Source: Chrysomallon squamiferum
Taxonomy: Eukaryota; Animalia; Mollusca
Reading direction: 5' to 3'
DNA length: 64,000 nt
Assembly: GCA_012295275.1 (NCBI GenBank)
Contig: CM022667.1
Location: 13,268,001 to 13,332,000 of the forward strand
A model generated the notes under the pieces. That model did no database searches. It saw nothing but the letters and a program-made list of their open reading frames with translations, and had not been told where the DNA came from. The position numbers and the translations under genes were made by a program. The number at the start of each line of letters is the position of its first letter. Positions within the stretch are counted from its first letter, which is position 1. Shown here one piece after another: positions 26,528-42,395 of this stretch.

Positions 26528-27058
<531 letters not shown>

Positions 27059-29540
27059 ACTTTTAATTGTGTTCGGCTTGAGAACTGACTATTATGACGT
27101 ACACAAGAGCGTTCTTAAACCTTTGAGTACGTCAGTGAACCTTTGAGAACACCTCCGGGCACAAATGAACCTTCGAGGAACCTCCTTGAGAACTTGTTGA
27201 GTATTCGAGGACATCGTTGGAAGAGAACTGACCTTCTGAACTGGACACTAGAACATGCGGAATTTCAACACTCTTTGTCAAGACAGTGCCGTGACAAATG
27301 AGCTTTCATCACATAATTAAAATGTTACTGCTTCGCTGTAATCACATAATTATTTATGATATAATGAAACTGAAGATACCAAGTTGGATACTCGGTTATT
27401 AGTGGTTGAAAATGATTACGATATACACAATAGAGTGGAACTATATTTTAAAGAGGCATGGAAAATTAGAAAACAAGCAGAAGGGGTAGTAATATAAACA
27501 CATGATTTTAGATAGATAGATAGATAGATAGAGGGAAGAAAGGAAGAGACATATAGATAGATATAAAATACTATACTGAAAGAAAACATATATATTATTT
27601 TAGAAAAACAGAAAACAAAGAAAAGAATAATCAAAGAAAAGAAACAAATAAATAAAATAAAAAGAAAAGAAGACACAAAGAAAAATGAAACAAAAAAAAG
27701 AAGAAAGGAAATAAGAGAACAAAACAGGAAGACAAAAGGAAAGATGAAAATGAAAAAGATGAAGAAAAAAGAAATAGGAAAGTAAAAGAAAGACGATTCG
27801 AAGAAAAAAAAAAAAGAAAGAACGAAAGAAGAAAGAAAGAAGGAAAGAAGGACAAACAAAAGAGAAAAAAAAACCAGAAAAAAAAAAAAATAGGTTGGCC
27901 TTGGGAAAAAGTAACAAAAATATTTAAACCTAAATATTTCTTCTTCAAACAGGAAATGAATAATGCAAACGAAACAAAACGGATCGGAGTTTGACGAAAT
28001 AAATTTGGATTACCGCGATAAAAAATTTTATCGTCAAATTTCGACGAATGCAGCCCGAGTTAAATTCCCGGATGTGCCACGTTGACATCGGTGTGTCACT
28101 CCGCGGCCGTCTTCGCGCGTGTTTACTGATCACCCTTTAATCATTTCGCCGTCACAACTTCATGTGTTTGTGCTAGCTCGAGCCGCTTTGGCGCATTTTA
28201 GACCCGTCTTGAAGTTAATACAACAGACCTTCGCCAAGACCGGGTCACTTCAGCCAGGTGTGTTGTGAAGAAAAAAATAAAATAAAGGTGGGAACATCGG
28301 CGAATGAAAATATTCCCATCCGCCATTACCATTCCCGAGGTTGCACTGATGTGAAATATTTCTCGGACGCGATCGGGTTGACATCTCTTCGGGCTTGTAA
28401 GCAAATATATAATTCCATAGCCTATAGATGGGGAAAAGAGTATCAACAGTTTTTGATGGGAACTGTGTTATATGACACATATCATGGTTTGCTATGAAAA
28501 AAAAAAAAATGAAAAAAAAAACCAAACAAACAAAAAAATCATTTCTTTTTTCAAATGTTAAAACAAAGATAATAATAAATGTTTATTTGTTCCTTCCTTT
28601 TCTGTTATTACTGTTATGTTCTTCATAATATAGCAGTAGTAATTACGATGGTGATGATGACGATGACGATGATGATAATGATCATGACGATGATGATAGC
28701 TCAGAGGGAAAGAATATAATAAATTTGCTACAAAAACCTAAAGTTATTTCCGGCCGTTTAAATCTTGATTTACTGAAAATGTTGTTCATATCGTTTTTCA
28801 GAATTTTTGCATATTGTTCTGGTTCTAATTGATTCTCTTTGCTGATGAACAAAGCGAACAAATGCAGGCAATAACAGTGTCCTTTATGTCAACGTTTAGA
28901 ACAAATACTGAATGTACATATACATATATATATGTATACATATGTGTATATGTATGTATGTCTATACATAAGTATATATTAATTTGTGTTTTACAGATGT
29001 ATGCGTATATGTGCGTGTGAACGTAAGTATGTATGTATGTGTGTGTGCATGTATGCATGCATGTATGTATGTATGTATGTTTGTATGCATGTATGTATGT
29101 ACGTATGTGCATGTTTATGTATGAATTTCCCAACCAGTGTTCTCGTTATCAAATGTCCTGCTATGTCTTTGCCTAAATGAATAAGCGAACAAAGAAACCT
29201 GCTGCTAGCAGGAAAAAATATTATCTGTATGTTCCACAGCTGTATATATAAATATATATATATACATATACACATATATATGAAATCAAAGAAGAGTATA
29301 TTAAAATCTTAAAGGGACATTAAATCAAGTATGCCTTTCTTCTTCCAACACGCACACATAGATACACACATAAATTAAGCAAAGCCTATCTTAATCTACT
29401 GTAATATACTGTAATATATTGTTGTCTCACGTACAGTTTGTTTCAGAACGGATAATGATAGGAAACCTTCTGCCACCAACCAGTCGGTTACTCTTTTCTT
29501 GTTAACAGCAAGCCGTCTTTTATGTGTACTTTTATAGACA

Positions 29541-29577
<37 letters not shown>

Positions 29578-29839
29578 ACATATATATATAGATGCATGCA
29601 CCCACGACTACGACGTGCTCTGATCTAAAATACCATTCACAAGAACCACGTCTGCTCAGACTGCTGGTTTATACGTGCTACGTAACACCTTTTCGCTGCC
29701 TAGCACTTTTTAATTCTGTGTTGTTTTTTTCTCTCTCTCTCTCTGTCTCTCTTTTAAAAAAAAAAAAAAAAAAAAAAAAGAAAAGAAGAAGAAAAAAAAA
29801 AAAGAGAGAGGTACTTTTATACCACGAAGACAAACACAA

Positions 29840-30340
29840 TTTGATAATTGTTCGTTTCGCAACAAAACGTCGTCTGTTCAGAAATCCGCGGACGTCGTAC
29901 AACGTGTCACCCGCCGACGAGTGTCGCAAACTTCGCCATAATTCCGGTTAAATCAGGCACGAAAGACCGAGCGATACTCGCCCCTCCCCCCGCTCACGCC
30001 GCGTCCCCCCACCATCCTGCCGCGTCCCCCCAATCCCGCTCGACAAAAAAAAAAAAAAAAAAACCCACAACATGTTGACAGGTTGTTTTTTAACAAAGCG
30101 GCCTTACATGCAAGGCAAATAATGAAAGTGACACTAGCAGTCGCGACAATTGGCTTTTCAGAAACCGGAAGTGTGGTGAGCGTTGCTCTGCGCATGCTCG
30201 GTCATCTTCTTATTTGCCCGATGAATCGCTTGACCTGTTTTTTTTTTTTCCCCCCCACCCCTTCTTCTGCGAGGGATGCACATTGTGGTTTTCTCAGTAG
30301 GTGGCGCTATCAGAACAAATTAGATTCGCACATAAATTGA
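29840..30340. promoter_or_regulatory. CpG-rich island with ETS, NRF1-like and CTCF-like motifs
   Basis: ACCGGAAGTG near 30165, TGCGCATGC near 30189, TCAGTAGGTGGCGCTA at 30294-30309. Function is inferred. Confidence 0.45.
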
Positions 30341-30639
30341 TTATAGATGAATACATAAAGGGGAGAATAAAGAGGAAAAAAGTTAAGAGGCAGTGTCAAT
30401 TTTTTTTTTTTCCGACTCTTCTGAAGGGCGTGTTGCGTAACACTTTTGGTTTAAAGTAAAACTGCATAATGGCAAATATTGCTGTTTAATATACTTAGAT
30501 ACATATAGCATTTCATACCACACTAACAGACGTGAAACTTTATATTATACCACTACACACACGCGCGCACACACAGAGATTTTGTATAACACGTACTAAT
30601 TATATGTTCTCATTCTCTCTTTCTCTTTCCGCTGTTTTA

Positions 30640-30718
<79 letters not shown>

Positions 30719-31150
30719 GTACATGTATATACACACATACATATATAATATTTTTTCTTTTACTTGTCTCGCTCAGTCCTTGTTATTATTATTATTTTTT
30801 TTTTTTATATAACTCTGTATTCATGTTTCGCAAGCAACATAATAATCATATTTCTCAAAATTTCAGTTGATAATTAAAGAAAATTAGTGTGTGTAATACT
30901 CAGCCGTAGATTTATTTTTTAAATATCTTTAATAAATATATTTTGTAATGCAGTAAGAAGAGGAATTAAAAAGAAAACGAAGGTGACAGTTATGATGAAG
31001 ATGAAGTTGTGTTTGCAGCAGTAGAAGAAGAAGAAAAAACGACGACAAAGATAACGAAGAGAAAGAAGACAAACCAGAGAAGAGTAAGAAGAAGGAGAAG
31101 AAGAAGAAAAAAAAAGAAGAAAAAAGAAGAAGAAGATGAAACAGTGTATC

Positions 31151-31210
<60 letters not shown>

Positions 31211-31230
31211 TTTCTAAAACTTGTTTGCGT

Positions 31231-31276
<46 letters not shown>

Positions 31277-32470
31277 AAATAAAGAGAGACCCTTTTCTCT
31301 TCGTGGTTACTGCGTTTTCATTGCAACGATTCATACAAAGGTTTATCATTATTATTTATCCGCCAGAAACGACACTTCACTTGAAGACGTGTGTTATGGT
31401 GGCTCTCAGCCTTTACAGAGGTCACAGGATAGATCGGGAAAGTTGTAAGAGGTGTTTGTTGTGTGTGTCAGCGGGGGTGCCTTAGCCCGGCTCCCAACAT
31501 CTTTTTTGTCGTTAATGGAGCCATGAGTAATATGGGGCTCATGGAGGGAGGCGTTTGTGCAGAAACACGTCCCTTTGTTCATCTGTGACTGACATTGAAG
31601 TAAGAAAAAAAGAAAAAAGAAAAAAGAAAGAAAAAAAAAGAAGGATATGAAATAAAAGTGTTGTTATGTTGCAGGCTGGCGCGTTCTGGCCTCAGCGAAA
31701 GATTTTTTTTTTTTTTTTTTTTTTCTTGTTGTTGCATTTTAATTATTTTTTTTTTTCTTTATGGTTATTATTAGTATTGTTGTGGTTTTGGATATTTTCA
31801 TTTTCATTTTTTTTTTTTTTATCTGTTATTAATTCGCTTATACGCACACATACACGTTTATATATGTATATGTGTTTTGTTGTGTGTGTGTATGTATGTA
31901 TATATATATGTATGTATGTATGTATGTATATATGTATGTATGTATGTATATATAATTTGTTGCAAATGATCGTAGTTTTGCCTTTCTCATTTCAGAACTT
32001 TATTAAAATCGTATTATTTCTGAATTTCTTCTTTTATATTTAATCATATGGTAATTTATGGCAGTGAAGGTTAATAACAATGTTATTGTTTGTATAATAT
32101 GGTATTGCATGCTTATAATTATAATATGGGTGTTCTAAACTTACATCTGTGTAGTATGCCACTGCGTGATCATAATTAGGTTTATGCATATTGCATGTTG
32201 ATAATTATGTAAGTGTAGGCTGTTATCGTATGTTTGAAAATTATAATAGGTCTTAGTATGTTGTTGCATGGAGATAATTATGAGGTGGTATACTACGATA
32301 TCGTGTATAGTTTCCTATATGAAATGAAGTACAGCGAGATAAACGCCAAAGATACATTGTTGTATGATGAAATGTCTTGTCCGATATGATGTAACACCAC
32401 AACAACAGCAACAACAATAATGATAATAATAATGTTAATAATAATAATGATGATGATGATGATGATGATG

Positions 32471-32514
<44 letters not shown>

Positions 32515-33123
32515 TATAACAACAACAACAACAACAACAATAACAATAATAATAATAAAACACGTTTGACAGCACTGTAAAGGTAACCTTCTCGAAGCGT
32601 GCCCATACCTCTTCAAGATCAGCGTGTGACCTTCCCATTTAGAAATGATTTAACAAAAACACACGATTCCGGCCCTTTGTGGTGACACAGATCGAAGGTT
32701 ATGAAACGATATAGCGCCAAAAGCCACGTGCGGATTGAGGAAACGCTCGAGTTACCGACCTTGATAGACCGATACCGATCACGTAAAGCTGAAAGAGGAA
32801 TCGGTTCAGTTCGGGCTGTTTCACGCGCAGACGTCACCGTTCCTTAATCGATTTCCCCGTTCGGCTGCCGTCGTGTTTGTCGTCGACTTGGTTTACATCA
32901 TTAACATTTTCCTGGGCACGTTTGCACGGATGACTCTGAAGCGAAAGGTAAACAGTGGGATTGAAAACAAAAAGAAAGAAAAGTTTCACCCTGTTTTTTC
33001 TGTGCCTCGTTTAAATTTCGTCACTGAACGAGTCCTTGTCTCGCTGATGTAGTGGTTGAGATAAACTGCTAGACACTGGTGCCTATTCCTTGCCATTGTT
33101 AACTGGCTACAGTATTGTCTGTT

Positions 33124-33233
<110 letters not shown>

Positions 33234-34142
33234 CATTTTTTTTTTAATATACTGACACCTTCGGCATCACAAATCAATCTTGTTATTATAGGCCTACGGT
33301 AGGCGTGCATAAACTCCAATGGATGTTCGATTTGTTGAAGATGACATAATACTGTTGATACGTCACACTGATGAAATTTATTCCATTAATGAATCAATAT
33401 CTCAAAACGTTTTGCTATTAAAGATTATAATTACAGTGCCATTAATATGAATTTTTGTCCATTTCAGTAATATCTTAAGGAAGAAATCTGATATCGTCAC
33501 TGAAATGAGCATAACAAAATTGTCCATTAGCACTAACGCGCGATCTTTAGCAGATGTTTATATAGCGTATAGTTACGATTGTCTTTTACGATGAGTTGAA
33601 GAATTATTACTGAAGGAAGAAGGATCGATTCCCGCTACCATTCAGACACTGACCTGTACCCACTGTCCGAATATTTCTTTTTTTTCTTTCTTTCTTTCTT
33701 CTTTTCTTTCTTTCTTTCTTCTTTCTTTCTTTCTTTCTTTTCTTTTTTACTTTCTTTCTTTCTCTCTCTTTTTTCCTTGTAACAATTCATTCTTTTCTCT
33801 TCTTCTTCTCTTTCTTTTGCTCGCTTTGTTTCCTATGGTCCCTCTCTTCTACCTCTCTGAATTTCTTTTTTCTTTGAGGAAGGACGGAATGAAGGACGAA
33901 TAAAGAGATACATGAATGGAAGACTCTGCTTCTCTTTCTTCACTTCTTTCTTTTTCGACCTGCGTAACATTTTGTTCTTGATGAGTCACCGAAAGATCTC
34001 GTGACTGGACGGATAGACGGATGGATAGATGGATGGATGGATGGATGGATGGATGAATGGAAGAATTACTGGACTGATCTACTGATGTTTAATATTTATG
34101 GGTATTTAACGGATTGATAACAAATCTTAGGTAAAGTGTTAG

Positions 34143-34173
<31 letters not shown>

Positions 34174-34816
34174 AGTTTAGAAAAACAGGAAAAAAAAAAA
34201 TGTAGAAGACGAAAAAAAAAAAAACCCGTTAATGTTGGATCGTCTTCGCCTGTAATGTCATTCATTACGAGCAGCTTGGTATTCAAACAGCAGACACCTA
34301 GAACAAATTAGACGGCAGGTGATAAGCTCCGAATCACGCGCGCACGTGTGTCGAGAATGAGAAGATTCGGGTTAGGGAGCTGACTCTTGCTCACGTGCTG
34401 AACCGTGACGGAGTAATCGCTCGAATGTGCTCCTCGCGAATCACGTTTCGATCATGTCGCTTACGTACAAGAAAGGGGGAAATAACGTGCAGAGAAAGAA
34501 AATACAGCACCATGGAAGATCTGTGGAGAAGAAGAAGAAGAAGATGTAGAAGAAATAGTAGTTAGGGATCACGATGAAGTGGAATGAAAACAAAAATCAC
34601 GTCCTCATTATAAGAATGCAGGTTCACGTTTTTATTAAGTTTTTTTTAACCGTGATGGTCCCGTGTATACGTTTATCTGTCTATGGAAATGTTAATAAAA
34701 GAAGAAGAAGATGATGACGTCGATAACGATAACGATGATGAAAATGATAAATATAAGGGAGACCATAAAGAAAAGAAAAATAGCTTATCTTCATGTATCT
34801 CCCTGCATATACACAC

Positions 34817-34898
<82 letters not shown>

Positions 34899-35730
34899 CT
34901 TTTCACTGCATGCTACGAAAGGAATAAACAAACATGGTGCAAGTAATTTGCTCAAACTGATACATTCTCATGGAAAACAAAGAACGGTATTTAATTTTCT
35001 TCAATTTATTATTATTATTATTATTAAATTTTTTTTTTCTTATTTTCTTTTTCTTGCCAAGACAGATAAGATCCAGAAACCCTCTCCATATCAATCCATT
35101 TCCAGCCAAAAACCTATTACTTATCAGTGGGCATGCGACTGGCAGTTTAATACTTGTTATGAACAGACACTAAGTTTAAATAAATAACGAAAGAATTAAT
35201 TAATGTTATGTTACTACGTGGGTTTTTTTTGGTTAAGGAACCTACACGTGTGCTGTGATAAGAGTCCAAGTATTTCTGATCCTTAATTTCTCTTTCGACA
35301 CGAGTTTAATTTTTTTTTTTTCAAGTCTTTAAAATAATGAGTCTTGTTTCGAAAAAAAAAAAAAAAAAAAAAAAAAAAAGATTATATAGTTAATGAATAA
35401 AAAAAAGGAGTAATAATTTTAATCAAACTTTAGTAGATGTAGAAAAAGAAAAACACTATTAAAGGCGAAGTTTAAAGGGAAGGAGGATGGAAAAGATACG
35501 GAACATGCCTCGCTCGCCGATGTCAAATTAAGTTCAGTCACTTTGAAGTTCTGCTGCATTGCAAGTGTGCGTGCTAGTTTTTGTTGTACGTGCATGCGTA
35601 CGTGTGTGTGTGCGTGTTTGTGTGAATTTCAATCAGTACGTATCGAAACATTCAGAATAAGCTACACATACCTGTACATACCTGTTTTATAACGGAATGT
35701 TAATAGGTATATTTCTGTTATGAACACAGG

Positions 35731-35762
<32 letters not shown>

Positions 35763-37284
35763 GTGTGTGTACATGTATATATGTACACATATGATAAGGT
35801 ATTTAAGTACGTATTTATGTAAGCGTATATTTATATATGCATATATCTATCTATCTCTCTTACTGTAATATTTATCTTTCTTTCTATATGAATGGTTAAT
35901 CGCTTTGTTTGTCCGTTTGTAAGATTAATCTGTGTCTGCCCACCTGCGTTTCTAAATGTGTCACTTTGTTTACGTGTGTATTTATATTTGTATGTTCATT
36001 TTCCAACACAGATAGGTCACAGAAATGTTTAAGAAATTTAATAGTACTGCACTTACGGCAAAGGTAGGGACACTACTTTGTTATTACATTGTATCGTAAC
36101 CGATTATTATTTAAGCAGATTTAAAAAGAACAACATGACAGATAACTGACCTGTTAGGTTTTATTTTCTAATTGAACAAAACTAGAATAAAAAATAAAAA
36201 AAAAGAAGAAAAAAAAAAAAAAAAAGAAAATGAGGCTAAAGTACGACAGACAGACACGGATAAAGACAAACAGACAGATAGAAATATATAGAGACAGACA
36301 GACAGACAAACAAACATGCAAATACAGATACATACAAACTTATATATATACACACACATACATACATACATACATACTTATATATATCCACATACATAAA
36401 TACATACATACTTATATATATACACATACATACGTACATACATACATACATAATACATACATACATACATACATACATACATACATACATACATACATAC
36501 ATACATACATACATACAAACAAACAAACAGTACTGCACTGGGATGATGGGTAGTAAGACAGACAAACAAAAAACATAACAATAACAAAAACAAAAAAAGA
36601 ACTGAAGAAAACAATAAAGAAAAATAAAACGAGATAGGTAACAAATATACATTTCACAAAACACGGTTCACGGTTCGTTACTTATTAACTTATCTGGAAC
36701 GGGAAATTAGCTCGTGACATGATAATACTCAACGCAGATTGCTTTCGACGATAACGTAAATGTGCGCAAGCCAGTGACGTCAGCACTTACCTGAATGAAC
36801 CGCGGCCATTACAGCCCGGTGCACTCGTCTTTTGTTTTGTGTTTGACGTGTTGACACCTTACCTAGTGTGTGCGTGCGTGTGTGTGTGCGTGTGTCTCTG
36901 TGTGTTTGTGTGTCTGTGTGTGCGTAACGTACAGAAAATAACTTTGTATTTTTCAGTAACAAGCAGGCAGCAGGGGATCACCTAGAAATAGCTGGTACTC
37001 AAACAGATGTTGTCAGCGTCTGTATTTATTTTACTATTGCTGTTGTTGTTGTTGTTTCTGTTATCAGTGTTGCTGTTGTAGTTAATATTTTTGTTTATTT
37101 ATTTATTGTAAATATTAATTTATTTTATTAAATTACTATATATATATATATATTCATATTTTGAAAAATTATTGATTATGTTTATTTTAAAAGAAATTTA
37201 TATTTATATTTTTACTACTACTACTACTATCATCATCATCATCATCATCATTTTAATATTTTGCACACTTGGCAGTAATCGTAA

Positions 37285-37316
<32 letters not shown>

Positions 37317-37819
37317 ATAATAATAATAATAGTACCTGTAGCAGTAATAATATTAGGTAGTGCCAGTAATAGTGACAGTAGTAGTAGTCGTCGTCGTGGT
37401 AGTAGTAGTAGTAACAGTAGTGGCAGCTGTTGTAGCAATAATCCAAGAGCAGTGACAGTAACAATGACGTTGATAATAATAATTCTTGTAGCAGTAGTAG
37501 TGGCGGTGGTGATGGTGGTAACAGTAGTAGTAGTAGCAGTCACTCTGTAAATAACGATGGCGACGATAATAGTAACAACGTTATCATTTGGTTTCGTCTT
37601 CTTTTTCTCCACTCCATCTTTTTTCTTTTCTCTTTGTCTGTAGACGATGTGTTAGGTATTAAGTTTCTAGACATATCCACTTATATTTAATAATAGTAAG
37701 ATAAACCATGCTTAACGACAGCGAAACTGAAGTGACACAAATATTTAGAAGTAAAAAACAAAATAAAATAATTTAAAATTTAAAAAATAAAAACAGCTGC
37801 AAAACGGCAACATCAGGAA

Positions 37820-37874
37820 ACACGACACCGACACGACACCGACACGACACTGACACGACACCGACACGATACCG
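37820..37874. repeat. 11-bp tandem repeat (ACACGACACCG)x5
   Basis: Direct reading; two units have single substitutions. Confidence 0.95.
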
Positions 37875-39268
37875 TAAACAAAAACTGGACACGCGTCTTT
37901 CTAGAATGTTCGGTTTGCTGGTGACGTTGCACTTTTGAAACGATCTGTGAGCTGAATGAACTGAAATTCATACACCTGATGCTGAAAAAACGACACAGAA
38001 ATGCAGCTGTCGTCGATAAAAATCAGGCAAGTTGATACCCGAGCTAAAAGAGGATAACGTAAATCCACACTTAATCCCTTTATTTCTGTCTGAAACGTAT
38101 CGACTTACGCAAGCCGTTCCCGGTGGCAGTCGAAACCTTCCATAAACAAAAACCTGTTGACAGAGGACACCTCTCTAATGAAACTGATATTACTCTACGG
38201 TTAGTGTAGTGAATCTGGTTTCCCTAATTAATTGTACACACATAATCTGGACAAAGTTTAACACTAACAAAAGCCTTCGAATTTTTTTTTTTTTAAATCA
38301 AATATGAATTGCCGTGTTCTACTTATGTTATTGCTGCTACTGCTACTGTTACTACCACAGCTACTACTACTACTACTATTATCATTACTACAACTACTAC
38401 TACTAACACTACTAGTGCTGTTGTCGCTGCTGCTGCAGCTACCTTCACCTTTATTCTTACTTCCATTATTATTATTATTATTATTACATCTATCTATCTG
38501 TTTATCTATATATCTATATCTATATATATATGTATGTATGTATGTATGTTTATATATATATATACGTGTGTGTGTGTGTGCATGTGTGTGAGTGTATATA
38601 TATATATATATATTACAAAAAATATTACGAGTGACACACATAACCTTACAGACTACTTAGCTGGATATCTAGAGCCATAGATAAATATGTAAATGAGGGT
38701 CATTACACTATATGTGATAAATAAAGATAATAGTGGCTGTTTCATATATATATACATATATATACACACATACACACACACATGCACACAGATATATGCA
38801 TACACAATGCACATGCACGAATACCTATATATACAACTACACACATGCATGCACAGACATATATATATATATATACACAGAGACATATACAAACGAAGCG
38901 ATATCATAAAATATAACTGAATATATAATTTTTACAATACTACTTACTTGCTACACAGCAGTTTCTGTATTACTACATATAATATTAATAGTAATAATAC
39001 AAATGTGGTATTTAGTTTACTTTATTTCCATTCATTTCATAGTGTTTCTCTTATTTATTTATTTATTTATTTATTTAGTTAGTTAGTTAATTATAAATGT
39101 ACATGTTTTAGTTTCTGCTAATCAGTCTTGCTCGTCTTGTCCATTTCCGTTTGGCTTTGAATGTCTAAGCCGTCGTACGTTTTCCAGCCTGTGGGTAGGT
39201 TCATTTAAATGATTTTTTCTGCTAACTTTTGGATGGCGGCAGCAGATTTTCTCTCTAATAATAATATA

Positions 39269-39355
39269 GAAGAAGAAGAAGAAGAAGAAGAAGAAGAAGA
39301 AGAAGAAGAAGAAGAAGAAGAAGAAGAAGAAGAAGAAGAAGAAGAAGAAGAAGAA
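39269..39355. repeat. (GAA)n microsatellite
   Basis: Direct reading; source of the spurious poly-E/poly-F ORFs. Confidence 0.97.
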
Positions 39356-40719
39356 AGGACAGAATGTTTTTTTTATAAAACACAAAAAGAAAAAAATCCA
39401 AAGAAAACCTCAAATGTTAATCTGTACAGCACAGTTTAAAAGCACAGGTGTGAACAGTGAGAACAGGTGAGAAAACAATAATTTTCTATCGTTTTATTGT
39501 TTTGAAAAGGTGTGCCGAATCGATGGCCACGGATGTGTTGTAAAAACAATTCATTTTGTACTTTTATTAGTACTAACACAAAAAAAAAAAAAAAAAAAAA
39601 AATTATAAAAAATATTAAAAAGTCGGGGCATGTCCTTTTTTTCTTCTTTAGATTATAAAGAGATATGAACAGAATTTTTATCAAGTTCAAGGAGAGGTCT
39701 AAAACACGCTTTCACAGTTAGGTAAAATACGTGGGCAGGTCTATAATTAACCCATTTGCTGTTAAACTCTTAAGCCGGGTCATAGTTTTCTCATCATAAT
39801 TAAGACGATAATGTTATTTTTTATTTTTTTACATTTGCCGTGACGTTCTGTGAGTCATTGTATTTAGTAAATTCATTTATTAAACAAATACTGACATATA
39901 AGTTATTATGGTGGCAGCATGTACTTCTCTGATCAAGAGAGGCATTTTCTTAATCTTTTTTTGTAAGTTCAACCAACTGTGTTTCATACACAAAATGACT
40001 GGAATGATTCGAAAATGTTTGGTGTGTGCTTTTTATTAAATAAATAATATGTTTTCTTTTTCTTAGCATCTTTATTTGGATAAGAGCATGTCCAAAAAAA
40101 AAAAAAAAAAAAAAAAATCAAACAAACAACCATATAATAATGATAATGATAATTAAAAAAAAAAAAAAAAAAAAGAAAAGAAAAAGATAATAAAGAAAAT
40201 AAATACAACTATGTGAAGAAATAATGTGTTTCATAATATTTTTATTTCATATTTTTAATTGATATCAGTAATTGATATTTGTATAAAACTTCTATTTAGA
40301 GGTCATAAAATTTGCCAGTTTGTCCACTTCCGGAAAAATGATCCATACACACTCCATTGCTCCTGCTTTTTAAACATTATTTATTTATTTATTCGTTCAT
40401 TCGTTCGTTCGTTCCTTCATTCATTCTTTAGTATTATTATTGTTACAATTATTGATATTGGTATAGGTACTAGTATTGGTAGTGTTGTTGTTGTTGTTTG
40501 TGTTATTACGTTTTTTCTTCAAAGTCAACTCATTTCAGTATGAAGATAAAAATTAAAAATGACACCAGTAATATCTGACAGTCTCAAGGTTATTTTTTGA
40601 AAATATTATTTCTCAATCTTTTATCGAAAATATCTCTGTCTCTCATTTTTAAAATATCCTTTTTTCTTTCTTTTTTTTATAATTCATTTTATTTCGTCTG
40701 TCTGGAAAGGTTTGTACAT

Positions 40720-41130
40720 TTCTTCGGAAAGCGCCATCTATCGGGCCACCTGCAGGTGTTTCTCGCGTGTGAATGTTTCAATTACCAAGTGTCAAAAAAA
40801 GAAGAAGAAAAAAAAATATGAGAGAGTAAAAGAGACTTCTGCCACCAGTCGTCCCCGAAGAATTGCGACAAAACGACACCCGCTGATTCGCGTCAGCTCG
40901 GAAACGGATTAAACGTAAGACAAGCTCACCTGCATTGTAGGAAGACGCGGAACTTTGTGTGACTTCTGTCCTCGTGGAATTTGGTTAATGTCTATATGTT
41001 TGCTGTATTCAGCGTGCAGGAATGGACGTTAACACACGGGCGGAATGTGGCCCGCAGTGCCGAATATAGCTCGTACGTTAAGTTTCGCTGTTTGCTTTAG
41101 GTAAGTCGAAAAAAAAAGTCATCTGAGAAA
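40720..41130. promoter_or_regulatory. CpG-rich island with two adjacent minus-strand CTCF-like motifs
   Basis: Reverse complements CCGATAGATGGCGC (40731-40744) and CCTGCAGGTGGCCC (40743-40756). Confidence 0.35.
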
Positions 41131-41247
41131 ATGGTCGTTTGTCGCATCGCCACTCTTACCATGAAGCATATTATTATGATTTTTATTATTGTCATTAACC
41201 TCTTCATCGTTTTCTGTCTGTTTATTTGTTTATTTTTTCATCGTACG

Positions 41248-41375
<128 letters not shown>

Positions 41376-41659
41376 ATTCTCTCTCTCTCGTTCTCTCCCT
41401 CTCTTTCTCTCAATATCTTTCCGTTTCAGTCGCTTGCAAATTTTATTCATTATTTCTATTTTGCCAGTGTACAATTTAAGAAAAAGAAAGAAAATAGATA
41501 CAAACAAAACTCACATGATTTCTACAATCCAACGCAGCGACTTCTATCACCAATTTAATTTTAATTTTAAATTAATATTATTATTATTTATAGATTTTAC
41601 TCTTCTCGCTCAGACGCTTTAAACTGCTAAATAAAAGTAACATTTGATAGTGTTGACAT

Positions 41660-42060
41660 TTTAATTACCCTTCGTACCGTCGTTAACACCTCCCATAAAC
41701 TGGATCGAGCAAGCCGGAGCGAGATCGCTGGCATACCGCGATCGCGTGCCGGTTCGCAATTAATCACCCCGTCCTGTCTGCGGTTTCCAGTCCTGCCCGA
41801 TACGCAAGCCGCGTTGTCAGACAGACCGCGCAGATTAAAATCTTAATGCGCGCACCGCTATCGTACACGGGACCCAGGCGCGTGCTACGCCCAAAAAACG
41901 CCACGACCGCGAAGCCAGTCAGAGAATCCACGGCAATTGACGACTCGTGTTAGATTGATAGATCGTTAGATTAAAGCACGCGGTTAGTGCCACACTGTCA
42001 GATTGCAGGACTGTTACGATTCTGCAGGTCTTCATAAATCATTGGTTTTAATCAAGTGTT
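41660..42060. promoter_or_regulatory. CpG-dense non-coding island (candidate cis-regulatory element)
   Basis: High GC/CpG, non-repetitive, several TAAT/ATTA cores, no recognisable ORF. Confidence 0.4.
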
Positions 42061-42287
42061 TTCGACGTCATTGTAAATATCGCTGGAAAGAACTGTTTAT
42101 CAGTTGTAAAACTTCAAAAGCTGTATGGACATATCTCAGTGCTGTCTGCTTACCCTCCAAAGAGTATTAAATAACTGGTTTAAAGGAGGAAAATGTACTA
42201 GGAATGGGGATATAGATATTGTCTTACTAATTTACCCTCGCTCGTCCCCTTGTATCTATTTCAGTCTTGGCATATATTTCTATCTCG

Positions 42288-42395
<108 letters not shown>

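Noticed and set aside
29309-29325. TTAAAGGGACA, resembling a TTAA-target transposon end; also CCGGCCCTG near 5562
   Set aside because: No matching opposite terminus found in the window.
39684-39700. DR5 RARE-like AGTTCA-N5-AGGTCT
   Set aside because: One mismatch to consensus; a few such matches are expected by chance in 64 kb.
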